Notes under the pieces: generated by a model
Databases searched by the model: none
Seen by the model: only the letters and a program-made list of their open reading frames with translations
What the model was told of the DNA's origin: nothing
DNA from: Vicugna vicugna
Taxonomy: Eukaryota
DNA: 64,000 bases
NCBI GenBank assembly: GCA_013265495.1
Contig: MU057809.1
Span: 1,043,062 to 1,107,061 of the forward strand
Reading direction: 5' to 3'
Shown here: positions 39,349-52,254 of the stretch, in pieces
Layout: every line of letters begins with the position of its first letter
Numbering within the stretch: the first letter of the stretch is position 1
Position numbers and translations under genes: made by a program

Positions 39349-41357
39349 CTGCAGAGAAGCATGGGCCTAGTGAGAGGGCGTTGGAGCAGGGAGACCCCAC
39401 CCCACTCCTATCTCAAGACGGGGCTGAGACCCGGAGAAGAGCCACCGAGGAAGCAGCAGCCAAGTCCACGCTGACCCGGGGCTGGGACCCGCTCCGAGGG
39501 GAGCGCTCAGCCGCAGCAGCACACAGCTGGGTGTCACCCTGCCCCCCGCCTGGAGGGCACTTGGCATGCTTCACCCCCACTGTCACTGACCAGGCTCACA
39601 GTGACCATCTGCAGGGAGGAGACAGAGCACAGAAACCTCACTCAGACTCCACTTTGGAAAGAAACCTCTAGTGCTGGCAGCACCGGCAGCTCTCTGACTG
39701 CACACAGCTACGTCACAGTGAGCAGACAACAGGGTAGGGACGGGGGGCATGGACGTGAGCCTGCACCCGGGAACACATGACCCCGGGCCTGCATCTCCCA
39801 CAGACCCTCAGGGCCAGACCCTGCACTGGTACCCTCGGGGGCTCGTGGCTCGTGCTAGTGAAGAAGGCACAGATTCAGACTCCTCGCTCCGATGATCCCT
39901 GGGGCCCCAAGGGCCAACTGCTGGCCACTGAGAAGATTACCCTCCGCCCAAGACGCAAAGGGACCACAATGTGGGAGCCAGAGCCCCCAGGGCACAGGCA
40001 GCAAGTCCTGGTTACACAGAGCCTGACACTCTGCTGACCTCCCACACAAGCTCCCACCAAGGACTGCCAGGCACTCCCACATTCAGAGCCAGGGCTTACA
40101 TCTGAACCCTCTGAGCCCAGCACCAAGGAGGGGCTTAGCAAGAGCGCAGACAGGGCCCAGGCCTCCTCAAGGAAGCCGGTCTAGGACCGAAAGGGATCCG
40201 AGGGGCGACGAGCTGCAAGTACAGCTCCAGACGACCAGCAGGCCTCGCAGGCAGGGGCCCGCCCCAGTGCAGGGCCGCCCAGCACACCACAGGCGGGGGC
40301 GGGGGCGTCTCTACTTGGGCTGCCGGGCCCTAGTGCACATGGGGTGGTCCAGGCAGGTCCCCAGGCCTTGGACACCAAAGTCTCACCACCTACCAGGTAC
40401 CCCCAGGCAGGAGAGCCGAATTTCCCACCCGCCTGTCCTCTCCAAGCACAACCAAACTGGCGGTCCCCGAAAAACCACTGCAGATTCCTGACACTCAAAA
40501 AGGCACTTCGCAAACCCTGGCTCAGGTGACTCGGGAGCCACCCCCAGCCAGGTGGGTGGGCGGGAGGCCCACGTGCACCCAGCGAGGGCCCAGGACTAAG
40601 CCCGGGCAGCCCTGTGCCCCAGGGCCCCCAGGAAAGACTGCCAGTGATCCTCACTCCAGCGTCTTCTGAGCACTGGTAAGGTCCACAGCCTGTGCTGGAC
40701 ACCGGCGTCCAGAGCAGTCAGGACACCCATCCCCAAGGGACTCATGGCCCACAGAAACGCCAACAGCTCCACACTCCAGCCTTCTCCCCGAGAGCTAGGG
40801 CAGGGCCAACACCACAGCTCCTACAGGCCGATGGCCCTGGTGCCTCCTCCCCACCCCTAACGAGGGCACTTCAGTACTTGCAAGATCCCCCTGGCCTCTC
40901 CCCTCCCCCTCCCCCCGGTTCCAAGGACGGTCCTTCCTGGAACAACCCAGTGCATCAGCAAAAGCCCCACCTCACAGAGAAACACCACCGGGAGCAGCAC
41001 CAGGGCCGAGGCGGGGGCAGCGGTACCCCACCTGCAGGCTGGGTCTCTGGGCTGCTGGGTCCACACAACACACCACAGCCAGGAACCTGCACGCCGGGCT
41101 TAAACACACCTAATTAGCATTGCACCCTGGAAGACATCAGCTGTTTTTACAGGGACTAGGAAACTGCATGGATACGCCACGCAAGGCAAGAGTGGGGCCA
41201 GACAGCCATCCCCAGGGAAAGCACAGAGGCCAGAGGCCTTCTGGCCCAATGCTCTGCTTGAACCTTGGCAGCGTTTCCACAACTCATCAGCACTTATTGG
41301 AGAACCCTGGCAAAGTGAGATTAATCAAAGCAAAGGAAGCACGGAATTTATGAACTA

Positions 41358-42044
<687 letters not shown>

Positions 42045-42249
42045 TCACACAGGCGAGGGCCCCTTTGCACTCTCTCACTGAGCACCTGCCCCCAGCAAGG
42101 CCCTCTCTCAGCCCCGGGGGAGAAGGCAGAACACCGGGCCTCGGGGAGGACATGGGTGCGGAGGCAGCAAGCCAAGAGAAGGTGACAAAGAAGGAAGAGA
42201 AGGGTGTGCTTTCAGATGACAGCATGTGGGCTTCTCTCAGAAAAGAGGA

Positions 42250-42785
42250 GGTTCGTTTCCTACGCTGTGTACCAAACTACCACAAATTCAGCAGCTTAAA
42301 CGCCCGTGTACCGGCTGTCGGTCCCATGGGTCAGAGGCCGGGCATGAACAGCCAGCTCCTCTGATCAGGGTCTCAACAGGCCGGCACCCCTGCAGTCGGC
42401 AGGCCGTGTTCTCAGGAGCCTCTTCCACACTCACGCTTCCCTGCTGGCTGTCCGGCTGCACCACCGTCAGCTCCCAGGGGCCACCCACATTCCCTGCCAT
42501 GGGGTCTCTCCACCTCCAAAGCCAACAGGGGAGACTCCGCGCGAGCGGAGTCCCTCTCCCGCTGGGCACCTCTGACTTCTCTGTCTGATCTCTGCACCCA
42601 CCCGACTGGCTCAGGCCCACACAGGTGTCCTCACTACCTGAAAGTCAACTGATCGGAGATATTAATTCTGTCTGCAGAACTCCACCACCACAACACCTAG
42701 CTAGTGTTTGAATAAATGGGAGAAAGTGCAGTCCACCGGGGGCTGGCAATTTGGGGCCCATCTCAGAAGTCTGCCTCTCTCAGAA
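42250..42785 (-). mobile_element. MLT1-type (E/F/G-like) LTR
   Basis: accaaactaccacaaattcagcagcttaaac...aaagtcaactgat...acacctagctagtgtttgaat...ggggcccatctcagaagtctgcct. Confidence 0.65.
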
Positions 42786-42914
42786 GGCAGGTAAATAGGA
42801 GGAATTCAAGTCTTGAAGGGCCTCAGAAGACACAGGGATCAGTTTCACGGAATCACTGACTGCAGTGGCCTCTCCCTCAGGTGGGCTAGAGCCCCACCAC
42901 GCCTGCCCAGCCCA

Positions 42915-43030
42915 GCACCTCCTGGGCATGTAACAGAAATGCAAAATCTCAGGCTGCACCACCCGGATACCTAACCAGAATCTTCATTTTAAACATATTA
43001 GGTGCACTCTCTAAGCACTGGGCTGTACCT
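42915..43030. mobile_element. MER5A-like hAT MITE fragment
   Basis: gtaacagaaatgcaaaatctcaggctgcacc...accagaatcttcattttaaac. Confidence 0.6.
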
Positions 43031-44155
43031 ACCCTGTAACACTTTTTTAAACCAAAGTTGCCAACTTCATATTTTGTCAGTGAGCAAGGATTCAAAAGAA
43101 AAAACTACAATCTATTCCCACCCCAATACCGTGTTTTAACACCAAAACCAAAACCAAACATAAAAGACCTAATTTCAGAAAAAAGAATAGTCCTTGCCCA
43201 AGAAGGGTAATGAGCAACTTAACCCACTAACAAACTACAGAAATTCAATTATTCAGCATGCACACACATACAGACACCCCAGCCTTTGTTTTACGGAACG
43301 TGGCCTGGGCTCATAGGAGCTCTCAGAGCGACAGGAAAGCACCAGCTCATCTGACACAGAGCATCACAGCAGGAAGGCTGACAGGACAGGAGGGACGCAG
43401 GCAGAGAAGCCAGGAATCACCTGACGCAGGGAGGGCCAGGGCAAGGCTCAGACACCACCTCCCTCCCCGTGAGGACCCACGATCCCTGCCACGACCAGCA
43501 CAGACCCCAGGACTCTTCGGAACCTGGAGACCTTCAGGAGACCTGAGCCTTTACAACTGTGTCTTACGTAAGCGTTGCTGAGAACTTGGAATAAATTTAG
43601 TGAAATGAGACCATAATCAGAGTAAAACTGTAAAAACACCCCATGGCAGAGTGCAGCCAAGATCCACAAATGGCCCCTGTGGTCTGAGACCATTACTACC
43701 CAGTCCTTCACTCACTGCCCTGCCTTTCCTGCCAGGCTGACCAAGAACCTATGTTTAAAGCACAGCCTTCCCCAGAGTTACACCAGCAAGGGGGCCAGCG
43801 GCTGGCTGGACAGTTCAGTGGTCACACACCCGGCGGTGTGGGATTTCTTCCTCAGTTAAATGAAGAAGCTGACTTTCCCACCCCGTCTTCAGTGCCTATG
43901 AGCTCATTAGTGTGAGCGCAGTGCTGAACTCCAGACCCACTCTGGAGGCACTGCTGTCACTTCAGGCTTCTGAGCCAGGACGGTTCAGGGCCGGACCATG
44001 ACCTCCAGCTAGCCACCAAAACTATGACTACCCATGCTGGACATGCGGGAGGTGGCCAGCTGGCCTTCAGGCGGAGAAAACACCGACCTGCCTCAGCTAT
44101 ATGGAATGTGAACCCGCCCTGCCTAGGGGCAGGCGTCCCAATGCACACCACTCAC

Positions 44156-44305
44156 CTGCATGCTCTGCTGGTACTGCGTCTGCAGAGAGCCCTGGGCAGA
44201 AGTGGAGACGTCCAGTCCCGATCCTCCCTCCACTCGCTGAGAAATGAAGTTGTTCAAAGACCTCAGGGTGGACAGGACGGTGGTGTTTTCCCCCAGGTCT
44301 TCCAT
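44156..44305 (-). CDS. MAD1L1: MAD1L1 first coding exon ([10 protein letters not shown]...QYQQSMQ, 50 aa); exon begins at 44318 with 13 nt of UTR
   Basis: ATG at 44305 in gccATGG context; acceptor CTAG| at 44319-44320; donor CAG|GTGAGT. Translation matches the MAD1 N-terminus. Confidence 0.97.
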
Positions 44306-44789
44306 GGCCACTTCCTTTCTAGAGGCAAACAAGGGAAGGGTCACGGGAAGCCTTTCCAGGCACTATCAGCTCTGCCAGCCGTCCGGTCAGGGGGTGCCTT
44401 CGGGTAGCCCCTTCCCCCAATGCTCTCTCAGAGCCCATAAAATATTCCAGCATCCAGAGTGGCCACTTTCTTCAGGGTTAACTGGGAGCCCATGTTGCCA
44501 ATTTCTCAGAGAAGAAATGGAGGCATAAAAGGACAATATGCCACCAAGCTGCTGACTATCAGACACCAGCAGGACAGACAGACAGCTCCCAAGACGAGGC
44601 GTCCAGCAGTCAGGTGGGACGTCTCCCTCAGAAGCACTCACAAAAAGCCTAGCTTCTGGGAGTCAGAAACGAAGCACATGACAGGGGCAGCAAGCATGAC
44701 GACCAGAGCAGTGCTAACCACAGGTTAACAGCGACATGAGTAACTGTCACTGCTGTGTTCAGCCACGTACCAAAAAGAGAGGTATCTGA

Positions 44790-44875
44790 CATCTACTGAG
44801 CACCAAGACTTCCTGAGCCTCAGTTCCCTCGTCTGTAAACTGAGGATCACAAAACTCACTTTGCAAAGTTGAGAG
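44790..44875 (+). mobile_element. MIR core fragment in MAD1L1 intron 1
   Basis: ctgagcctcagttccctcgtctgtaaactgaggat. Confidence 0.6.
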
Positions 44876-46179
44876 GGCAACAGGGTCCAAAAGAAGTCTC
44901 CCCATGGCAGACGGACCAATGCTGCCAGTCCGACTCCCACTCTGCTTGTAACTTTACGTATGACGCTGCAACCTTCAGAACAGACAGGAGAATTGGGTCT
45001 TTTTACACATTTTAGAGACAATATAAAACAAGGCCTCAAAAGTTACAGACCTGAGATCGGAACCTGGTCTGTCTGGCTCTGAAGGTCGAGTGTGCTCCAC
45101 AGACCTGGGGACGAAGGGCCAAGGACAAGCAGCAGCAAAGAGCCTGCGCCCCCATCTAGGCTTGTCTTGGCCTCACACCAGGCTGTCTCCCAGCCGGGAC
45201 GTGCGCAAGTTTCCCAGTCACAGTTAGCAACCAAAGGTGTGAAGTCCTACAGGTGTTTTTCTCCTGAGAAAAGCAGCCAGCTCTCACCGATTTCCCTTAA
45301 GTATTAGACTGGAAACACTGCTCCCCACCCCAAAAAAACGATGAAGAATCTTGGTTTGAGTCTGCATTTTCCGTTTAACAAGAACCCTGGCCTTGTGCAT
45401 GCAGAGCCCTCGCCTTCTGCAGGCCACCATTTCCACCCCTGCACAACACAGCTGCCCTCTCCACCTCCCCATCATCCTGCACATGGAAAGCAGACTGCAA
45501 GGGAGAACAGGGAGGCGCAGGCACTCAGAGCTGTGAGACTGGCAGACAGATACAGGCCCACCCGGGGCGAGGCAGCAGCTCTGCTCTGGAAGGCAAGTCC
45601 TTCCATCTGTCGAGATGAGACCAGGGCCATGCTCTCCATCCCACGGGAAATTTAGCCTGTACACCCTCTTCTCAAGGGTATATGCCATCCCCGGTGAGAA
45701 CTGATGCATGCTATACACCAGAATGAAAAGAACAGATTTGCACCTGCCTGGAACAAAGCCGCTGTAAGCAATAAGGCGGCAGCTCAAACTCCATCCTCCT
45801 TTATCCAAGAGACTCAAGTCTTCCAGCTGTCTAACCATGGAATCTGAACTGCTCTCAACGGAACCCCAGAGCTGGGAGTCCAGTCCCCTCAACCGCCCTT
45901 CCCGTTCCTGGCAAAAGGACGGCTGCGGGAACCTACAGAAATGACAAAGATGCCCACCACCTCGCAACACCACTTCCCAGCGCCACGGGCTCTTATGCCA
46001 GCCTGGTCGTTCACCACCCCTGTGTCTGCTTTCTCCAAACTTACACTAGATGTGAAATGCAAGTGCCCATCCTATCAGCCGCCAGCAGTGCGGCTCTGCG
46101 AGAGTCACTGCCCATCTTCCCACCGGTTTCCCAACTACCACACTGTTCAAGTCAAGAGGTGCAGGTGACAGCGCTGTCA

Positions 46180-47260
46180 ACTCGGAAGGGCGGGACCGGT
46201 GGGGGGCGTCTCGGGAGCCGCCGGCTTCCCGGAGACCCGGCGGGTCCGCCCCGACCCGCTCTCGCCCCTCGAGACCCTGGCCCTTCCCAGCTCCTGCTCG
46301 GAGAGCACGGGACGCGCCCTGGATCGGAAGGACGGAGCACGGAGCGAAAGGGCGCGCTGGCAGAGACCTCGGCCCCGGTGCCCCAGGGCCGGGGCGGCCC
46401 GAGGGGGCGGCGCCCGCACGGAGCCCCAGCCTCGTCCCCGTCCCACCCGCGCCGGCTCGGCTCGGCTCGGCTCGGCACGCGCCCCCGGCTCAGCCGGCCC
46501 GGCCCGGCCCCTGCCCGGGACCCCGTCCGCTCACCTCGCCGCCTCAGCCGGGTTGCATGCGCCGAAGCCGCTCAGATCTCCCTCTTCTCCGCCGGCGCCC
46601 GCGTATCGCGAGACGTCAGGTTGCGCTCTCGCGAGATTTGGGCGGTGCCGATCGTAAGCCTCCGAGTCTGCGCGCCAGCCGTCCTGGGGGCTCCGCGTCT
46701 GTCCTGGAGCCAGCCACCCTCGAGCCACCCGTTCGGAGAGGACCGTAACCACCGTAACCAAAGGCCGGCCTGCGGGGCTACCGGGTGCCCGCGGCCCCCG
46801 GGTCGGGTTTCCCCCAGGGCGCCTGCCTCGCACCGTATTGTGTGGAGTAGCACCGCCCAACTGTGGCCTCATAGGGCCAAACTTCTCTTGCACGCCTATT
46901 CCCGCCCTTGCCACTACCAGTATTTGCTTGAATGAATGCTTTTATCCGGGCCCTCTTTTAAAACAGCAAAGTACTGTGCTGCTAACCTATCCTCCCAGTG
47001 CCCTGTGAGCTGTCGGGGCCTCCGTCTGGGTCCCCGTTCTCCGTGGCGCGACGGCCAGCCGCCAAGTCCGCCCGCAGCGCCCCCTTGCAGTGCCGGGTCC
47101 CGCTGGTCCCCGCTGGTCCCCGCACCCCCGCCTCGGGCTAAGCGCTCCAGGGACTGCACCGAAGTCCCCTCTTCCAGAGAGGACACCAGTCCGTCTGCCC
47201 GGAACAGACGGCAGAGGAGGGGGAGGCTGCGGCGGCGGAAGCAGGACGCGTCTCTCTGGA
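46180..47260. promoter_or_regulatory. CpG island and MAD1L1 promoter, with TATCGCGAGA (46604-46613), TCTCGCGAGA (46627-46636), NRF1-like TGCATGCGC (46554-46562) and a GC box
   Basis: Dense CpG content; motifs read directly from the sequence. Confidence 0.85.
46535..46600 (-). other. MAD1L1: MAD1L1 non-coding exon 1 (5' end approximate)
   Basis: Minus-strand donor GAG|GTGAGC (intron starts 46534) inside a CpG island, downstream of NRF1-like and BANP motifs. The TSS is not determinable from sequence. Confidence 0.65.
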
Positions 47261-47525
47261 CTAGCTGACTGCAGGCGAAAATAAAACGAAAAATTTTAAA
47301 GTCTGACCTACTTCAGGGATCTGGGCTAGGTCCTAGGACCCTGGTGGAGGTTCCTGAGTATCTCTTCCTTCCCCCGGGGTCCTTGGGATTTCATCACCGC
47401 TACAGTCTCTAATAAACTGCGCTTGAGGGATGAGCACACCTCCAAGACAACGGTTGTGAAACCAGTTAACTTTTTTTTTTTCAAGAAAGTTAAAAGGCAC
47501 GAAAATTCCTTAAAGTAATATAATC

Positions 47526-47539
47526 TATATTGTTTTATA
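47526..47539 (-). terminator. MRM2: Candidate MRM2 variant poly(A) signals (TATAAA then AATATA)
   Basis: Minus strand reads TTATAAAACAATATAG followed by U-rich sequence. I saw no minus-strand AATAAA or ATTAAA between the MRM2 stop and the MAD1L1 promoter. Confidence 0.4.
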
Positions 47540-48237
47540 AAGCTGCTGCGAGTTCCTGGAAGAGTAAAAGGAAATAAAAGAACACAACACATCGCTGCTC
47601 ACACTGGCAATTACCTTTAAGTCAAGTCTTGGGAGCCTGGAGTATTTCAGCAGTATTTCCAGCAGGAAAAACAATTATCCCATGCATAATTCATACCAAA
47701 AGTCTCCCCTAATTGCTCTGGGAACTCTCACCGCTTGAAGAACGGATGTACTTCCAGATCATTCGCCAAAGGGATGGCAATAAATCCCCTGGTGGAAATT
47801 TCAGATTTTTCTGCATTATACTACAGTCAAAATACCTGGCAACCTGTGGGCTGTTTCTGGAGCAATGGTGGAAGCCCGTTTCTCTGCAACAAATCAAGAG
47901 TGGGTAAGAGGGGAAAGTCACACAAGGTGTCTGTGTGTGCCTCTACCTCGGAGTATGTTTTTAGCCTTCCCTCAGTCTGTCTTTTCATCCTTTTATCTTT
48001 GCCTGTCTCTTTCTCTCCATAATTTCTTCACAAATCATGTTATGGAGAATGTTTTTAAATCACATATTGTGGCCACTGAATAGTTTTGTCATATCTTTTT
48101 GGTTTTAAAAAAGGACCCCTACTTGTCCTGCCTGCTGCACCCCACATCACGTGAGGGTCCCCAGCTGCACTTCAGGACAGAGCTCTTGCTACATTTGCAG
48201 TGAAAAAGCATCAGAATGGCAGAAGACACTGAGTCCT

Positions 48238-48705
<468 letters not shown>

Positions 48706-49870
48706 TTATTTACACCCGGAATCATCCCACAAAAAAATACATGCAACAAACGAATAAAATAGATATAAAAAGTCAGGACGGAGGGAAAGATCTCATTATG
48801 GACACAGGCCTTTCCCCACTTTCTGTACATCCTATAAAAACACATGGCGGGGAGTGGTGGTCCTTCCCTCTACATCTGAGCAAACCGAGTGAGGCCCAGA
48901 GAGAAGTGATTGTCCCAGAGCCTCAGGCAGACCCGGGGCTGCACCTGTCTCTGGCTTCCTTTCACTCCGCAACGCTTGCTCTCCGTGAAAGGGTTATTTC
49001 TGAATGGTCTTTTCCATAAACTAAAACAGAAAATGACACTCTAGTATATAAAGTGCCTCTGGATTAAATCCACCCCCACTCTGCAGCTTAATCCAATTTC
49101 TTTCAATGTAGAAAACCATTAGAAACAAGCCGAGATGGGGAAAATGGACAGATGCAAAATAAGGTGAAAAACTGATACCCTGCATATTTGAGTGGGGCCA
49201 GTTGTGAAATAAAAAGGTGTCACTGTTCCACCCTCTCTGAAACCGGACTTCCTGTCTGCACGCTGCTGACCCCAGTCCACACCTCCCCGCCCTTCACGCA
49301 GCACTCCCGTTCAAAGCTCCCCTCTCCACAAGCCCTGGAGTCCCCTCCCCGCACCACTGCCCACACGGAGGAGGGCCTCTGCTCTGCAGTACAGATACGT
49401 GAAGGGCACAGTCACAGACTTGTAGCTCCATCTGCTTAGTAAAAAGGCTGTTCCACAGGCGAGGGTCGGGTGTCCCATCTCTATGTAAAGGCTGGAGGTC
49501 CGGGTATTTTGCAGAGCACCTCATTTCCTAAAGGTTAAAAACTCTCACTCTTCATCCCTGGAAAGTGGTACGTCTCACGTCCCATCCTCTGCACTTGCGC
49601 TCCTGCCTTTAACGCTCATGTACCACAACCCCAGGAAGTGCCCACTCAAGGCAAATGGCTTTGGCTGCATTTTGTCAACTTGTAGGAGTAAAAGAATCCA
49701 AGTCCCCTCACCCACCCACTCTGCTCCTGCCGCCTCTTCCTGCAAGTGGCACTTGGCCACTTCCCGGCTTCTCCTGAAGAGCAGTTAGGGGAGAAGAGCC
49801 ACTAAAATCAGCTGTGAGCAGGTCTGCAGACAGGCTCAGTGGTGGGAAAAGGAACCAAGTTGTCGGGGAG

Positions 49871-50019
49871 TTTTTTTAATTTAAAAAATTTTTTAATTTT
49901 TATTTCTGGAGGGAGGTAATTAGGTGTATTTATTTATTTCTCAATGGAGGTACCAGGGATTGAACCCAGGACATCACGCATGCTAAGCAGGCGCTCTACC
50001 ACTGAGCTATACCCTCCCC
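49871..50019 (-). mobile_element. Camelid vic-1-type SINE in MRM2 intron 2
   Basis: Reverse complement reads GGGGAGGGTATAGCTCAGTGGTAGAGCGCCTGCTTAGCATGCG...GGTTCAATCCCTGGTACCTCCA...AATTACCTCCC plus an A tail. Confidence 0.85.
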
Positions 50020-50184
50020 GCTAAGGAACCGAAGTTTCTGACATGGATTCACTTAGTCAATAAATATTTAGTGAGCTTAAAAGTATTTTAACTGTTCTAG
50101 AGCCCCCTGCGTTATCCCACCCACAGTAATGAGGTTGATGAATGTACCCAGGAGCAGCATGCCCAGGTCTGTACTTTCAGCAGG

Positions 50185-50290
50185 TCACGAAACACCTCTA
50201 AACCTCAATTTCCTCATCAGAAAAATGGGCACAAACATCCCCACTCTATAGTGTTTGGGAGGGATCTTCGTGCACCATCACATGTCATAA
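50185..50290 (+). mobile_element. MIR core fragment
   Basis: acctctaaacctcaatttcctcatcagaaaaatggg. Confidence 0.6.
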
Positions 50291-50958
50291 TGCCAGTCAG
50301 TGCATGTGGTGCCCCCAGACTTTACGGCAGGAAATACGAGTGGTAAGGACAGTTCCCACAGCACTGCACATGCTACCCAAAGGCAAAATACCCAAAAGCA
50401 ACCCTGATGCCCAAGATGAAGACACCAGCTAAACTCCAACAGAACCACCGTCATCTGTTATCCTATACAGCTGTTTAAAGGATTGGAGTGGTGGTGGCTG
50501 GTTGATCTATTCATCAGTGGAAACTTATATAGAAGATCTTAGGCTAAACCCCAAAATAGACAACAGATAAAGCCAGGTCCCTGGGGTCGAGCCAAGGTGG
50601 AGAGTCCAGAGCCCCAGCGACAAGGGCTCTTGCGCAGCCCCAGTGGCACTCCCAGAAAACCCAGGGCTTCAAGGACCAGGGCCTGGAAACGGCTGGGGCT
50701 GACTCGGTTGTTCTGTCATGGAAAGATGTGATTCATCAGTAAGCAAAAACAAAAACAAAAACAAAAGCTCCCCATCAGCAGCAAGGGCATGGCGTAGCAT
50801 CACCTTCACAAAAGACTAAGAAGGTATGTAAGTACACGTAGCCACGTACGCAAAACCAGGTGCGGGAAGGGCGCACACCCTCGCAGCAGTGTGCACGGGA
50901 CTGGGGTGTGACTCGGGGTGGTTTTCACAGTCATCACGCCCTTCTACCTTGTCTTTCA

Positions 50959-51420
<462 letters not shown>

Positions 51421-51545
51421 TCACACAGACCAGCAGGTCACGAGCTCAGTCGAGCCCCAGTTTCAACCTACGCATTTTTAGAGACAGGACACTATGGCCC
51501 AAGAAGGGGAGGCAGCCTGACAAGGCTACACAGCCAGGAAGCAGG

Positions 51546-51912
51546 TGTTCTGCGCTGAACTGTATCCTCCCGCAGTCTATACGTTAAGGTCCGAACACCC
51601 AATACCTCAAGATGTAACTGCTCTTTAATGAGGTAATTAAGGTAAAAGTGAGGTCATATAGGTGGGACCGAATCCATTATGGCTGGTGTCCTTATAAGAA
51701 GGCGTCAGGACAGACACACACACAGGAAGAACACACGACGACACAGAGAGAAAACGGCCATCCATAAGTCAAGGAGAGAGGCCGCAGAGAGACCAACCCT
51801 GCTGACAGCTGGGTTTCCGATTCCCACCCTCAGACTGTGAGCCAGCGAACTTCTGCTTATTAAGCCTCCCGGCCTGGGGTGCCTGGTTATAGCAGCCCGA
51901 GCGCACTAACCA
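51546..51912 (+). mobile_element. Solo MLT1B-like LTR, TG...CA ends, 5-bp TSD GCAGG (51541-51545 and 51913-51917)
   Basis: End-to-end similarity to the recalled MLT1B consensus; TSD read directly. Confidence 0.85.
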
Positions 51913-52254
51913 GCAGGCAGTACCCCTTCAGTCAAGAGGTATCTTTTCTCTCCTGAAGTTTTTTTCAGAAGGAAAACTCAAGCATTAATGACAGTCACCT
52001 TGCTTCTATCAACCAAAAATTTCCCAGTACTTGTTAACTGACAAAACTCATGAAAGTAAAACAAAGTTTCACCAGGCTCTGAGAGACTTGGACAAACCCC
52101 CAGGAGGACAGGTCCTTGCCTTACTCAGTCCCAAGGCTAGCAGAGTCTGATCTACCTGTCACAGTTCTTAACAAAACTGACCTCAATCTGTGTGTCATTG
52201 AAGGGAAATTTCCAAGTATCTTTGGAAAGTGGGGTTTGCTTCACCTCCACCTGT

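Noticed and set aside
46453-46476. (CTCGG)n run; also (CAAAAA)n at about 50744-50766, C14 at about 11433-11446 and the purine tract at about 9770-9820
   Set aside because: Short simple repeats of ordinary size with no evidence of function.
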